Counted from the whole stretch's first letter, positions 9,870 through 24,540 are shown. The stretch is DNA of 63,306 nucleotides, filler included, from Octopus bimaculoides (GCF_001194135.2; 7 parts of 5 records of this genome joined end to end with filler, not necessarily neighbours in it); one strand, 5' to 3'. Numbers and translations: made by a program. Notes: a model not told the origin generated them from the sequence alone.

Positions 9870-11690
9870 CTTCAAAATTTGTATGCACCAAACCTCTTTA
9901 ATGGTACAAGCCTAACTGTAAAAACAATGTTACTGTATATCATAGATTCCAAGTCGATTAATTCATTTCAAAGTTCTTTGACATTTACATAAGCCTTGTA
10001 AATTTTTGCAAATAACACGCGCTCTGAGCTCAAATGATTTCCGATATCGACAGTTGTTGTTTGAGGAATAAAAAAAGTATCAGAAGTTTTCTATGCAGCT
10101 TCAAATATTTTTATCAGAATACCAATGACAGAATCAACAATAACGTAAAATAATCAGATGTTCGAAATAGTCATTCTATTTATGTATCAGGATCTTTTGC
10201 CTGACTGGTTCCCATCAAAATTTCTTTTCGTTCTCTTGCGTTTATTTGCAATTTAATTTCAATGTGAAGACTGTTAGCAATAGGTTACCTGTCTGCCAAA
10301 TTTATCTCGTAGTTTCTGCTGATTTTCTAGGAGCATTCTATAATGTCAGCTTCAAAATCAACAGCGCCATGTGGTGCTTGTAATGCCATGATGCAGATAT
10401 TAATGAGAGGAAGAATGTTGAATCAAATAGATGACGTGTAGACTTCTGAATGTTGACATGTATCCAAGAGGTTGTGTTCCTTCATTTCTAGTCCTTTGAA
10501 TCAGGCTAAGTTTCAAAAGATCTTGATGGCTAAATGATGCAATTCAGATCTGATGCAAGGATTTCCCACACGTTGCTATGATTGACCGTCTGTATGCGTC
10601 AGAAAAAAATACCATTATCTTGAATTATATGAAAAAGAATGTATAGACACTTCCAACAGCTCCGTGAAAAGACAAATAAATGGTAACTACTTCAGTATAA
10701 TAATCTACTGATTTCTTATCACATAAATTAAATGCTCGACTTCCACGTCGTAAGAAAATGAAGACGTCTTTGTTAGGTAATATTCTATGCATTTTCCTGT
10801 GTTAGATTCTTATATTGGTCCTGTTGTCATATACGTGACCTTTTGAAGAAGATGCCTATTTACTTATTATTTCCTTTATCAGATTTTTTTCTTTATATCA
10901 GAATCTGTTTTTTTCACAAGTCTTCCAGACAGAAATCTTTCTTGAATGTTAAACTTTGAAAGTTACATGGGATAAATGCTCTCTGTGTGCGAAATCAGAC
11001 AAAGCGTCATTATCTTTGTATAGTATCTTACCTATAAAATCTCAGAGAATGTATTTCAAAACGAGGCTGGAGCAGAGTGGAGTAAATTAATTTCGTGATT
11101 CAGTTGACGGATAATGAGTTTGCAAACTTTTCCTGGCTTTCTTTGACTTTATTGACATAGATTTCGCATACGGGACTCTAATGAGATAAAATTCAACAAC
11201 CTTACGGATGTTACAGTTGTAAATATCGTCAATCAGATAAAAAGTACCACAGAATACTAACCCTTTTTCATTCAGAAAATATTGTCTAATAGAAAAATTT
11301 ATGTGGCATGACAAGCAGAATACTGTACTGAAGCTGTTAGCGTTTTTCATTTAAAGTGGCTTTAATATGTTTCTTGCCCTCTAATCCAAAACGATGGCAA
11401 ATATTAATCTAGCTGGTCTTTTCTGCTACTATTTGCTAATGCAGAAAGTGTTTCAAACATATATTTAAATGAATTCTTTGCTTGAGATTTCTCCATGGTA
11501 CGTAATTCAATTTATTTTGGTTATTGCGTCGTTCATGCAGAGAAATCCTGGCTCTTAATTTTCTCCATTTTCTGTAGAAGACTATCTGTTCACTGTTGTC
11601 AAAATGATACTAAACGAAATAAGGCTTCTTTCTCGATACTCTACACTCGCCATTCTCTCTCAGATATTCGCCTGTTGTGATTCCTATATT
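9870..11690 (-). mobile_element. Highly decayed hAT (ZMYM1/DUF4371-like) transposase
   Basis: Ordered remnants across frames: EKGLVFCGT..DDIYNCN (cf. GLAFRG..NGNF), IQERFL..KKT, GHVYDNRTNI (cf. GQGYDNGANM), FYVIVDSVIG..FEAA*KTSDTF. Many stops and frameshifts; TIRs not found. Confidence 0.65.
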
Positions 11691-11694
11691 TCTT

Positions 11695-11890
11695 CTTTTT
11701 TCTGTTACTTGTTTCAGTCATTAAACAGCGGCCATGTTGGGACACCGCCTTGAAAAATTTGTAGTCGAATGAATCGTCCGCAGTACTTATTCTATCGGTT
11801 CTCTTGCCGAGTTTCTAGGTTACGGGTACATTAACACATCAAAACCGGTTGTAAAGCGGTGGGAAGGGCCAAACACAGACACAAAAAAAC
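11695..11890 (-). mobile_element. SINE family B, 3' half
   Basis: Reverse complement of the B 3' module. Confidence 0.75.
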
Positions 11891-12398
11891 ACACACACAA
11901 GCACACACACACATTCACACATGCATACATATGTACATACATATATACTATATATAATAAAAGGATAAAATCACTTTAATGATTTTAACAAGTGTTCAGC
12001 GCGAAATAAAACCTCATAGGTAAGTTTTACATACTATATTAATAATTATGTACATAATTATAGCAAGGGATCGGACGAGCCTCTCCACGCGCTAAAAATA
12101 GACACCAAATGGTGCTGCGTAAATCCGTGTAGATTAAAGTCCTGATAGTGTAAAAATCCAGAAAATAGACGCGAATATATCAACGTTTAATAACAAAATA
12201 TTAAGTGGTAAGAAAAGAGAAAAGTAAATAAATAAATAGAAAGAGAAGTAGAGAGTGTGAGGGAGAAAGTTATGGATTGGCATTAAGGATAAAGTAAGGT
12301 ATATAAAAAATATAGTGTCTAAGAATATGGTGTACATATTCCTTTCTCAGCTACTACTGCTTCCTAACCAATCAAAACCAAGAACTCATATCAAATAT

Positions 12399-12440
<42 letters not shown>

Positions 12441-12450
12441 NNNNNNNNNN

Positions 12451-12495
<45 letters not shown>

Positions 12496-12698
12496 GCTAC
12501 CAAGCTCTCACATGAGTAAAAAAGAGAGACAGAGACACACAGAAAAAAGGAAAATGTCCCTTGCATTTGAAAGCTATGGAAATATTAAAAAAAAACATTT
12601 TATTTAATTTTTCCACAATTTAATTGTTTTTCATGTTTTACTCTAAGTTAAAAAAAGTCGCAAAGACTGCAAACAGTACTAAAATCGTCTTCATGATA

Positions 12699-12798
12699 NN
12701 NNNNNNNNNNNNNNNNNNNNNNNNNNNNNNNNNNNNNNNNNNTTAATTAATTAANNNNNNNNNNNNNNNNNNNNNNNNNNNNNNNNNNNNNNNNNNNN
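12699..12798. other. Assembly spacer 44N-TTAATTAATTAA-44N (also at 24585, 50436, 55546, 57438, 61484)
   Basis: An identical self-complementary 12-mer, giving stops in all six frames, centred in 100-nt N blocks six times. Confidence 0.95.
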
Positions 12799-12837
<39 letters not shown>

Positions 12838-13844
12838 CATCACCAGAATATATGTGTGTGTATGCATGTGTGTGTGTGCATACATACATGCATGCACCTG
12901 TGTGTGAGAGAGTGAGTGTACAATTGGATGTGTGTATACCAGTATTATTCATTATTTAGTTCAGGATTAATTCTTCTCTTAATTAATTACGTAGCTGCTA
13001 AGAGAGTTGGAGTTAAGTCAAACCGAACCGAGAGCTCATTTCACTTCGCTACTAGCATGATCATCAACGCCACCGACACCAGCCCACGCCACATGTAACA
13101 ACATTAAAACAACAACAACAACAACAACGTGAATAACACAATGATTTAGTAAAAGCCTAATGATATAACCTCTCCTATTTGAATGAGATAGAAATGTCAT
13201 TCTAACAAATCCCAGAATGCAATTTCTGAAAGCTGAAAAGCAATCTAGATAATTGAAGCGAGATGTAAGAAACACTTAACATTTGCATTAAAACAAAGAA
13301 TACAAATAGCTTAATGGGAGGAAATTTCATTGTTCCACTGATACTAAACACTCGATATTGGAAGTAACTCACTTTCTTTATGAGTATATGAGGATTAAGG
13401 TCTAAGTGAAGGTGTTATTATTTGGATAAGTGCCATAGTGACAAAGTGATGATGGATTAGCTTCTAGGTGTCACCATGACATGGCAAAACACACACAGAT
13501 GGAAACACCTCCCTCCAGGTGCTGCTTGAATCCTTTCTTTCGCGATTACCAATTTAAATGCATATATCCGGACTTGTTGTGCTTCCGATACAGTTTTTTT
13601 TTTTTATATTATTTCGATCTAGATCTCATTTTCTAAACCGTAAATAATCTAACTATGGAAAGACACACAGTCGTTTAAATATATGGCATTTATTTTGTAA
13701 TGCCCTGTTTCTGTATATAATTACGCTGCCTGCATAAATGTATTCAAATTACCCTGTTTCTCTATCCTGAATACAACATTGGATAGCGTTAGATAAACCC
13801 AGATCGCTAACACAATTATATATTCAGAGTATTGTCTTCAACAT

Positions 13845-14205
13845 TAGCATCATCATCATCGTCATCACTGCTGTTATCATCAATATCATGAATGTTATCA
13901 TCATAATCATCATCATAACCATCATTGCCATCATTCTTGTCTTCATTGTCATCATCAGCTTCGTTGTCATCATCAGCTTCATTGTCATCATCAGCTTCGT
14001 TGTCATCATCAGCTTCGTTGTCATCATGGTCATCATTATCCTCATCACTGTCATTGTTGTCATCATCATTATAGTCAACATCATCATCATCATCATTACC
14101 ACCATCATCATTATCACCATCATCAACATCATTGTCATCATCCTCGTCTTCATTGTTATCATCATCGCAATCAACACCACCATCACCATTGCCATCATCC
14201 TAGGT

Positions 14206-14291
<86 letters not shown>

Positions 14292-14402
14292 CACTATTGT
14301 CATTATTGTCTTCATTGTTATGCTTGTCATCACTATAATCATCATCATCATCATTATCACTGTTGTCATCGTTATAATCATCATCATCATCATCATCATC
14401 AT
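13845..14402. repeat. Degenerate (ATC)n microsatellite with an internal 18-bp subrepeat
   Basis: Pure ATC run at about 14207-14290; ATCATCAGCTTC(G/A)TTGTC repeated about 4 times at 13950-14025. Confidence 0.95.
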
Positions 14403-14431
14403 AGTCTTTCATAGTCTTCACTGTCATCATC

Positions 14432-14690
14432 GTGTAGAGGTCAGAGTCAGGGCATTCCTCTCACAATTGCATGTTTGTGGTTTTGATTTCAGGACTGAGC
14501 ATTGCATTGCATTGCATTCTTGAGCAAAACACTCCACTCCACATTGCTTCCATCCACTCAGCTATTAACGAATAACCATAACCGTGCTTACAGTCTAGCA
14601 TCCCATCCCTGGGGCATTGTGATCTCAGTCACTCACACACCATGGAAACTGAGTCACTACCGGCCCTAGGAGTTCGCAATTGTGAGTGTA
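14432..14690 (+). mobile_element. Old SINE family D (TTCTTGAGCAAAACACT central domain)
   Basis: Shares the central domain and the CTAGCATCCC tail with 29035-29285 and 47015-47140. Confidence 0.55.
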
Positions 14691-15432
14691 GCGTCCTGAC
14701 CCTGACCCCTGACCCCTGATCCCAACATAGCCTGTCACCATCTAGCAATACACAGCAAGAGAACTGACCATTTTTATGGCTTTTGTTGGATATTTAGTAC
14801 ATCCTTTTAATGAACTCAGATTGTAAAGAGCCAGAACAAATATGCCAAGGTATTTTTTTTTTTCTTTGTGTTGCTTTCATTTTTTTCCAGCTTGCTGCCT
14901 TAATTGCTTTTGAATGAGACACAAGAACAGTCAACACCATCAACCATCAATCTCCAGCACTTGAGTAATGCTTGACCCTGAAAAAAAAAATGGAAGGTAA
15001 AATTTAACTTGACAGGATTTGAACTCATAATGCATCCACAGCTCTAAAGCTTTGACCAATAAATGATGATGACTATGATGACAATAACAGCAACAATGAC
15101 AATGATGACGACAATGATGACAACTAAGATGCTGTTGATATGATGATGATGACAATCATGATTGTTTCAAAATTTCGGCACAAGGCCAGGATCAGCTTCA
15201 GGTACTGAAGGGACAAAGTGATTTTCTCCATCATTTCCAGAGCTGTGACTGGAGACTGAGGTCAGCTACTTCTTTTGCTGTATCTAATGCTCTCTACCAA
15301 CTTTGTTTTCTTTTTATCTTTCCCAGTTTTTCAAGATAAATCCCTTCAAAATGACCCTTACTTCTACAAGTATAACAACTAAGCTTTTTATCCTGAACTA
15401 TAACCCTTATAAGATAATATTTATCCCCACTA

Positions 15433-15643
15433 GGTGGTGAGCTAACAGAACCATTAGCATGCTGGGTAAAATACTTAATGCTATTTCATCCATTTTCATG
15501 TTCTAAGTTCAAATTCGACTGAGGTTGACTTTACCTTTCATTCTTTCGGGATCAATAAAAATAAGGACCAGTCGAGCACTGGGATTGATCTAATTGACCT
15601 ACACTTCCTCAAAATTGCTGGCCTTGTACCAAATTCTGAAATC
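15433..15643 (+). mobile_element. SINE family A with 14-bp TSD
   Basis: AATATTTATCCCCA at 15416-15429 and 15644-15657. Confidence 0.8.
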
Positions 15644-15679
15644 AATATTTATCCCCAACTTAAACATGAATGTTCTGCC

Positions 15680-16440
15680 AGAACAAACTATACTGTGGTA
15701 GATACCATGAGAGAAACTCTCTTAATGGCTTTTGGCTAGTGGGGACATAAATCCCCACCATCTCCAGCACCAAGAACACCAGATCTCATGATTTCAACCT
15801 TCCTTGGTCTCATCAATGATGGACGCTCAACCACTTATATATCCCCTATAAGTCTTGTGTCTTTCAGTTCTGCATCTACAATGGAGCACAACTCCAATAG
15901 TTTCTGAGGATCATTGAGATTTGTATGCCCACTTTGACACCTCTTTGCCACCTGACAGCCATTAGCACCTCTGCTACTGGCCATTCTCCCATGCTATAAT
16001 ACAAATATGACAAAGAAATAGGAGCCAACATCATTGCCAATATGATAGAGTGTGTGTCTCACTACCTCTACCTGTTTTAGTAGTGTGTTTTCAAGTTCAA
16101 AATCGATATAGACAGTTCTGCAGGTTCTCCTTCACCCAAGATGATTTTTCTCCACTCCTCTAACAGGGCTTCTTGTAATTCTTCTATTTCTGAGGAGACA
16201 GAGATAGACATTTTTCCTTTGTTGTATGTAGTCGTCAGGTAGAGAGGTACTGTTCTTTATAATGCATCTATCCCATGTCAACTCTTTCTCCAGATGAAGG
16301 TTCATATTCAAATATTCTATGCCATTTACAATGCAAGCAAATTAACAGAAATGTTTCTATTGGGTAAAGAATTTATATATGTATCAATATTGTTGTTGTT
16401 GTTGTTGACAGCATTCCCACCCAATGTAATCAAACTGTCA
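15680..16440 (-). mobile_element. Possible very old L1/Tx1-like ORF1/ORF2-junction remnant
   Basis: Short protein-like stretches only (IEELQEALLEEWRKII; LEMVGIYVPT, cf. the APE motif GIYAP); many stops. Confidence 0.25.
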
Positions 16441-17132
16441 TTTTCAGCTGTTGAAATATTGTTTCCTTTTTTTTTTTTTGTTTTTGTTTGTTTGTGTTCA
16501 TTACTAATACTTTGCTGTGGAATGAAATTGCTTTTCCTTTTTGTTTGTTTGTTTTCTGCTTGTCAAACATGTTGTTTTGTCCTTTGCCAATTTTCCCCTG
16601 GGAGGGAGCGTGGCTGGGAATTTTTGCTGCCATTTTTCTGTGTGTAGGCTGTGTGAAGAAGAAATAAAATGTCTAAAAAATAACAAAAGTTTAGGGATCT
16701 CACTTGAATGGGAAGACACCAAATTTTCAGAAGGTATCTTTGTGAGAAAGGTCAATAAAGATTATTCCATATTCTTTATTGGTAGAATCATCATCATCAT
16801 CATCATCANNNNNNNNNNNNNNNNNNNNNNNNNNNNNNNNNNNNNNNNNNNNNNNNNNNNNNNNNNNNNNNNNNNNNNNNNNNNNNNNNNNNNNNNNNNN
16901 NNNNNNNNNNNNNNNNNNNNNNNNNNNNNNNNNNNNNNNNNNNNNNNNNNNNNNNNNNNNNNNNNNNNNNNNNNNNNNNNNNNNNNNNNNNNNNNNNNNN
17001 NNNNNNNNNNNNNNNNNNNNNNNNNNNNNNNNNNNNNNNNNNNNNNNNNNNNNNNNNNNNNNNNNNNNNNNNNNNNNNNNNNNNNNNNNNNNNNNNNNNN
17101 NNNNNNNNNNNNNNNNNNNNNNNNNNNNNNNN

Positions 17133-17221
<89 letters not shown>

Positions 17222-17223
<2 letters not shown>

Positions 17224-17372
17224 GTGTATACAAAATAGGCTTCCATACAGATTCAGCTTACCTATCAAATTCACTCAGAAGGCACTGGTTGGCCTGAGAG
17301 CTATAGTAGAAGGTATTTGTGCAAGGAACTGAACCCAAGACCACATGGTTCTTAACCACACTGCCATGCCAG
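17222..17372 (-). mobile_element. SINE family B 5' part (further heads at about 20470-20550, 26365-26525 and 42425-42495 on the minus strand)
   Basis: Reverse complement of GGCATGGCAGTGTGGTTAAGAACCATGTGG...; B CORE-like domain. Confidence 0.7.
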
Positions 17373-17377
17373 CACCT

Positions 17378-17426
<49 letters not shown>

Positions 17427-18541
17427 AACTTACTAACCTATCTCTTTATCTATCTATATATATATATCTATCTAATTGTCTGTCTAACTATCTATCTACC
17501 TGTCTATTTACCTATCTATCTACCTATCTATCTATCCATCTATCCATCCATCTATCTATCCATCCATCTATCTATCTGTTTGTCTGTCTTTCTTTCTGCA
17601 TATCACTTATGTACCATTAAAAAATTGATAGATCACTCCCATAATGTTTATATTCATTAATATTTTAACAAATATTTTTATCAAGCTGGTGTGTGTTAGA
17701 TGTGTTTGTAATACAATTTTTTCTTCATGCATCTCAATATTGTGTCCTTTCATTTCAGAGATCCAAAGTCATCAAGGAACGTCTTAACAACAGTTTTTTT
17801 GTAATGTTTTTGTGGTGTTTTTGCAGCTTAAATAATAATAAAGCATATCACTCTACCTCCGGTATCCGAGTATTATTTTTCCTGCCTTGTTTCACATTTA
17901 TGTGTTTACTTCGGTATATATATATATATATATATATATNNNNNNNNNNNNNNNNNNNNNNNNNNNNNNNNNNNNNNNNNNNNNNNNNNNNNNNNNNNNN
18001 NNNNNNNNNNNNNNNNNNNNNNNNNNNNNNNNNNNNNNNNNNNNNNNNNNNNNNNNNNNNNNNNNNNNNNNNNNNNNNNNNNNNNNNNNNNNNNNNNNNN
18101 NNNNNNNNNNNNNNNNNNNNNNNNNNNNNNNNNNNNNNNNNNNNNNNNNNNNNNNNNNNNNNNNNNNNNNNNNNNNNNNNNNNNNNNNNNNNNNNNNNNN
18201 NNNNNNNNNNNNNNNNNNNNNNNNNNNNNNNNNNNNNNNNNNNNNNNNNNNNNNNNNNNNNNNNNNNNNNNNNNNNNNNNNNNNNNNNNNNNNNNNNNNN
18301 NNNNNNNNNNNNNNNNNNNNNNNNNNNNNNNNNNNNNNNNNNNNNNNNNNNNNNNNNNNNNNNNNNNNNNNNNNNNNNNNNNNNNNNNNNNNNNNNNNNN
18401 NNNNNNNNNNNNNNNNNNNNNNNNNNNNNNNNNNNNNNNNNNNNNNNNNNNNNNNNNNNNNNNNNNNNNNNNNNNNNNNNNNNNNNNNNNNNNNNNNNNN
18501 NNNNNNNNNNNNNNNNNNNNNNNNNNNNNNNNNNNNNNNNN

Positions 18542-18580
<39 letters not shown>

Positions 18581-18589
18581 GTATGAATT

Positions 18590-19170
18590 AGAAACAGTGC
18601 TAGTGTTGCAGACATTATTGAATGCACATGCACAATGTATCTGCTGTGCTTGTTCACCAGTAGGCTGCGATTTAACATGCTGGAGATGACTCTCCCAAAG
18701 TGTTGGGTAACAATCAGGGCTTTCAAGAGAGACATTCTCTACCGCATCAAATTGCAGCCCACCAGCAAACAAGCAAAGCATGTGCCTTGCGTATGTGTGT
18801 TCAATGGGCAAAGTGGTGTGAAAGGCTCTCCAGAAATTGGGACACACAAAGGGGATGACAGGGGACCAAGAATCCTGGCGGTTTGCTGTGCTTGAAAGGA
18901 CACATCAAGCTAAGTAAAAATATGGTTGTCCTTGCATACAGGTTCATCCCCTGCAACCCTTGCCTGTTAAGCATCTCTAATCTTGTGGGCTCATGGGTGC
19001 TGGTGCCATGTAAAAAGCACCAGTGCCAGTGCTGTGGAAAAGCACCCACTACACTCTCCTGTAGAAACCATGCCAAAACAGACGGACCCTGAACAGACCT
19101 TCACCTGGTCAGCTTCTGCCAAACAGTCCAACCCTTGCCAGCATAGAAAAAAGACGTTAAATGATGATGA

Positions 19171-19175
<5 letters not shown>
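18590..19175 (+). mobile_element. Decayed RTE-clade LINE 3' end with (GAT)n tail
   Basis: KVV*KALQKLGHTKGMTGDQESWRFAVLERT resembles RTE ORF C-termini. The 3' UTR AAAAAGCACC...GACGTTAAATGATGATG is shared with 48850-49352. Confidence 0.6.
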
Positions 19176-19226
<51 letters not shown>

Positions 19227-19237
19227 GTATATAGTTT

Positions 19238-20427
19238 TTGGGTTGGCAACTAAGTTCCCACTGTTTTTTTAAATTTAAATTTTTTAAAAGGTTTAATAAA
19301 AAATAAATAATTAATCAATAATGTATTTANNNNNNNNNNNNNNNNNNNNNNNNNNNNNNNNNNNNNNNNNNNNNNNNNNNNNNNNNNNNNNNNNNNNNNN
19401 NNNNNNNNNNNNNNNNNNNNNNNNNNNNNNNNNNNNNNNNNNNNNNNNNNNNNNNNNNNNNNNNNNNNNNNNNNNNNNNNNNNNNNNNNNNNNNNNNNNN
19501 NNNNNNNNNNNNNNNNNNNNNNNNNNNNNNNNNNNNNNNNNNNNNNNNNNNNNNNNNNNNNNNNNNNNNNNNNNNNNNNNNNNNNNNNNNNNNNNNNNNN
19601 NNNNNNNNNNNNNNNNNNNNNNNNNNNNNNNNNNNNNNNNNNNNNNNNNNNNNNNNNNNNNNNNNNNNNNNNNNNNNNNNNNNNNNNNNNNNNNNNNNNN
19701 NNNNNNNNNNNNNNNNNNNNNNNNNNNNNNNNNNNNNNNNNNNNNNNNNNNNNNNNNNNNNNNNNNNNNNNNNNNNNNNNNNNNNNNNNNNNNNNNNNNN
19801 NNNNNNNNNNNNNNNNNNNNNNNNNNNNNNNNNNNNNNNNNNNNNNNNNNNNNNNNNNNNNNNNNNNNNNNNNNNNNNNNNNNNNNNNNNNNNNNNNNNN
19901 NNNNNNNNNNNNNNNNNNNNNNNNNNNNNNNNNNNNNNNNNNNNNNNNNNNNNNNNNNNNNNNNNNNNNNNNNNNNNNNNNNNNNNNNNNNNNNNNNNNN
20001 NNNNNNNNNNNNNNNNNNNNNNNNNNNNNNNNNNNNNNNNNNNNNNNNNNNNNNNNNNNNNNNNNNNNNNNNNNNNNNNNNNNNNNNNNNNNTTTTGAAC
20101 TTAGCATTCCAGTCACGAGCGGTTCTTTCAGCTATGGCACTCTCTCCATACACAGCACAAATGTCGCGAGCAGCTTTTGCGGCCTTAGAATCTTGATTAA
20201 AAGCAAAAAGAGGGAGGTGTCGAAAATGCACGTTTTTCTTAACTTGACATTCCATTTTAATGATCTGAAAATAAACAAAAATTAACTAAAATTAAATAGA
20301 AAAAAAAAGCAAAACAGATTCCAAAATGATTCAAAAATAGAATTCTCAAAAAAATAGATTCCAAAATTTAAAAACGCAATAAATTCCCAAATTTTAGAAG
20401 ACTGCAGGAACTTAGTTGCCAACCCAA
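19238..20427 (-). mobile_element. Mariner transposon, near full length, interior mostly a gap
   Basis: TIRs TTGGGTTGGCAACTAAGTTCC at both ends with TA at 20428-20429; ORF start MECQVKKNVHFRHLPLFAFNQDSKAAKAARDICAVYGESAIAERTARDW (mariner N-terminal HTH). Confidence 0.9.
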
Positions 20428-22139
20428 TACGATAGGCATTCACCCAGTTTCCGTTTGACATATTTGTTTTCAGGGCATTGGTTGGTCTGCTAACATGCAT
20501 TAAGATTGAACCCAAAACCACATGGTTGCAAAGTGAGCTTCTTAACCACCAGAGCAGATTAATTTACTCGTACCATCTCGATCAATCCTGTTCATAATAT
20601 GCAAAGAAACCGAGGGTAAAACGAAGCATGAGCAAAACATGTAAAATATGCAATCTTCGCAAGCAATAACCTTTTACATCAGCGAAAAAAAGAAAACTTC
20701 ATGCATCTCTGTAATGGGAACAACAACAACAACAACAATGACAACAACAATGACAACAACAACAACAACAACAACAATAACAATAATAACAATAATAACA
20801 GCAATGACAGTAACTGCAGCAAGAACTTCCCATGCCTTACATTTACTTTACTCCAAATGCCTGCAATAATCCCCCCTCTCTCACTACATTTCTCCTTTCC
20901 TGTCTCCTTTTTTTTTTCACCCCCTTTGCTTTCACTCACTCTCTCTCTCTCTCTCTCTCTCTCTCGCTCTTTCTCTACTTCTACTTCTCCTCCTCTCCTT
21001 CTACCTCTCACTGTCATTTGATTTTATCAAATGGCTGCCAACTTTGACAGCCTAGGATGTGTATTTTTCATGAGCATGTGCATTTAACGCACACACAAAC
21101 ACATGTTTTATTTCTGCCTCTCTCCCTCTCTCTCTCTCTCCCCCCCTTATACTCCATAATACATACACATACACACACACATAACGCATGCATGTATATG
21201 CACATACATATCTGTTATATATATATATATATATATATATCAATGCAAACACACTCACTGTATACATACACATATATATTCATGTGTGTGTGAGTTTGTG
21301 TATATGTGTGTGTGTGTGTGAGTGTGTTTATATATATAGACATATGTGTATATATCTATATATACATATATATACACACATGCATATACACACACAAACA
21401 AACACACATGCACATATATATATGTGTGTATGTATGTATATATATATATCTATGTATGTGTGTGTATATACAAATATACATATATACACACATTAATATA
21501 TATACATATACATGCACACACACTCATANNNNNNNNNNNNNNNNNNNNNNNNNNNNNNNNNNNNNNNNNNNNNNNNNNNNNNNNNNNNNNNNNNNNNNNN
21601 NNNNNNNNNNNNNNNNNNNNNNNNNNNNNNNNNNNNNNNNNNNNNNNNNNNNNNNNNNNNNNNNNNNNNNNNNNNNNNNNNNNNNNNNNNNNNNNNNNNN
21701 NNNNNNNNNNNNNNNNNNNNNNNNNNNNNNNNNNNNNNNNNNNNNNNNNNNNNNNNNNNNNNNNNNNNNNNNNNNNNNNNNNNNNNNNNNNNNNNNNNNN
21801 NNNNNNNNNNNNNNNNNNNNNNNNNNNNNNNNNNNNNNNNNNNNNNNNNNNNNNNNNNNNNNNNNNNNNNNNNNNNNNNNNNNNNNNNNNNNNNNNNNNN
21901 NNNNNNNNNNNNNNNNNNNNNNNNNNNNNNNNNNNNNNNNNNNNNNNNNNNNNNNNNNNNNNNNNNNNNNNNNNNNNNNNNNNNNNNNNNNNNNNNNNNN
22001 NNNNNNNNNNNNNNNNNNNNNNNNNNNNNNNNTATATATATTTATATTTATATTTATATTTATATACACATATATACAAATGTGAGCATCTGTATGTACG
22101 GATGTATGCATTTATATTTACATGCACACATGTGTATAT

Positions 22140-22212
<73 letters not shown>

Positions 22213-23269
22213 TACCAATCATGCACCAACATGGGAAAAAGTAGATCTAAAACAGTAAATATACTTGCATGTGCATATATCAATACATGTGCTTATACAC
22301 ACACATGCATACGTGCATATATATGTATGCATATACACGTGTATGCATATGTAGTTATACACGCACACACCTATACACATATATATATACACACACACAT
22401 ATATGTATATATATATATATGTATAAACATATAAATATGTATATATGTATGTATTTATATATNNNNNNNNNNNNNNNNNNNNNNNNNNNNNNNNNNNNNN
22501 NNNNNNNNNNNNNNNNNNNNNNNNNNNNNNNNNNNNNNNNNNNNNNNNNNNNNNNNNNNNNNNNNNNNNNNNNNNNNNNNNNNNNNNNNNNNNNNNNNNN
22601 NNNNNNNNNNNNNNNNNNNNNNNNNNNNNNNNNNNNNNNNNNNNNNNNNNNNNNNNNNNNNNNNNNNNNNNNNNNNNNNNNNNNNNNNNNNNNNNNNNNN
22701 NNNNNNNNNNNNNNNNNNNNNNNNNNNNNNNNNNNNNNNNNNNNNNNNNNNNNNNNNNNNNNNNNNNNNNNNNNNNNNNNNNNNNNNNNNNNNNNNNNNN
22801 NNNNNNNNNNNNNNNNNNNNNNNNNNNNNNNNNNNNNNNNNNNNNNNNNNNNNNNNNNNNNNNNNNNNNNNNNNNNNNNNNNNNNNNNNNNNNNNNNNNN
22901 NNNNNNNNNNNNNNNNNNNNNNNNNNNNNNNNNNNNNNNNNNNNNNNNNNNNNNNNNNNNNNNCTCTAAGTGTATTTCGGAATGCAATAACGTAGCGTTT
23001 ATCTAAAGTGCTAATCAGTGAACCTCTCAAAGGTCGACAAGTAAATGGAGGACTCCCGACTCCCCATCCCCCCTACACCTCCATTTACCTCGTTCTCCTT
23101 TGCCTTCTTTTTTTTCCTTTTCTCTCTCGCTTTTTCAATTGACACTTGATGGCAAAGACAGCCGGTAGTGTGGTGGTGCTGGTAGTGGCGGCGGTGGAGG
23201 TGGTGGTGGTGGTGGTGCTGGTGGTCGCTATCATCATCATCACTATCGTGGTAGGTGGGACATCTATTC

Positions 23270-23759
23270 TCCCATGCACACATACACACACATATGCATA
23301 CACATACCACATGCATGCACATACACCATACGTCCATATGTGTATGTTACATACATATACATACATCTACACTCGAACACAAGCACGATCTCGTTTCATC
23401 TCTTTATCTTGTCCTCTCTCTCTCTCTTTCTCCTTCTCTCTCTTTTTGTTTTCTTCTTCTCCCTCTCTCCCTCCCTCTCTCTCTCTCTCTCTTTCTTTCT
23501 CTCTCCCACTTTTCTCTACTCATGCATACATACATATATAAACATACATATACTCACATATAAACACAACACACACTCGCATACATACACATGTACATGA
23601 ACATATATGCTCAAACACACAGACACAAACATCCACATGCATGCACACACACACACACACACACATGTACTCATACTTATACACATACATGAACACACAT
23701 ACACAGAATTCTTCCCACACTCATTTATGCAAGCACTTAAACGCACTCATAAACACACA

Positions 23760-23798
<39 letters not shown>

Positions 23799-24480
23799 CT
23801 CTCTTTTCTTTTATGAACACAGTCATTCACACACTCCTACACATGCATACATACACTCACACACATACACACACACACGCACACAAGCATACAGAAACGT
23901 ATACACATTTTGACAAACACTTCTACACAAATATACACATGCATGCAACCATACACACACTTTTGCATATACAGTCACATTTTCACACTTACACACATAC
24001 ACACACATACACAGAGTAACAAGTATGCAGACATGCACACATACACTTTCACACCTACACACACACACACACACAATAACATACACTCACATTCACACTT
24101 ACATGCACGCAATTGCATACATATACACATACACCCACACTTCCTCACTCACAGACACACACATACACACACACATATACATACACAATTACACACATAC
24201 AAACACACACACACGAACACATGCACACACACACACACACACACAAACACACACATTCATACTTACATACACAATTTTACACACATACACACACACTCAC
24301 ATTGACACTTACACATACACAATTACATACATACACTCGCATACACACTTCCTCACTTACACACATGCACACACACACACACACACACACACTCATAGAT
24401 ACACACTCAAACACACGATTATACATACACAATTACACACAAACACATACATATACACACATTTTCTCACATTTTCACAA

Positions 24481-24540
<60 letters not shown>

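Noticed and set aside
12743-12754. TTAATTAATTAA islands inside N runs (six occurrences)
   Set aside because: They are centred in 100-nt blocks (44 N each side where counted) and give six-frame stops. This is an assembly or scaffolding spacer, not biology. Order and distance across these joins are uncertain.
13824-14523. Long poly-Met/poly-Ile ORFs (192 and 211 aa)
   Set aside because: They are translations of an (ATC)n microsatellite. The same applies to the His/Asp-rich ORFs at 35593-36075 and 43755-44138.
16294-16365. Possible plus-strand host exon (pyrimidine tract-CAG acceptor, weak donor)
   Set aside because: There is no recognisable peptide and no partner exons, and it overlaps a suspected antisense LINE relic.
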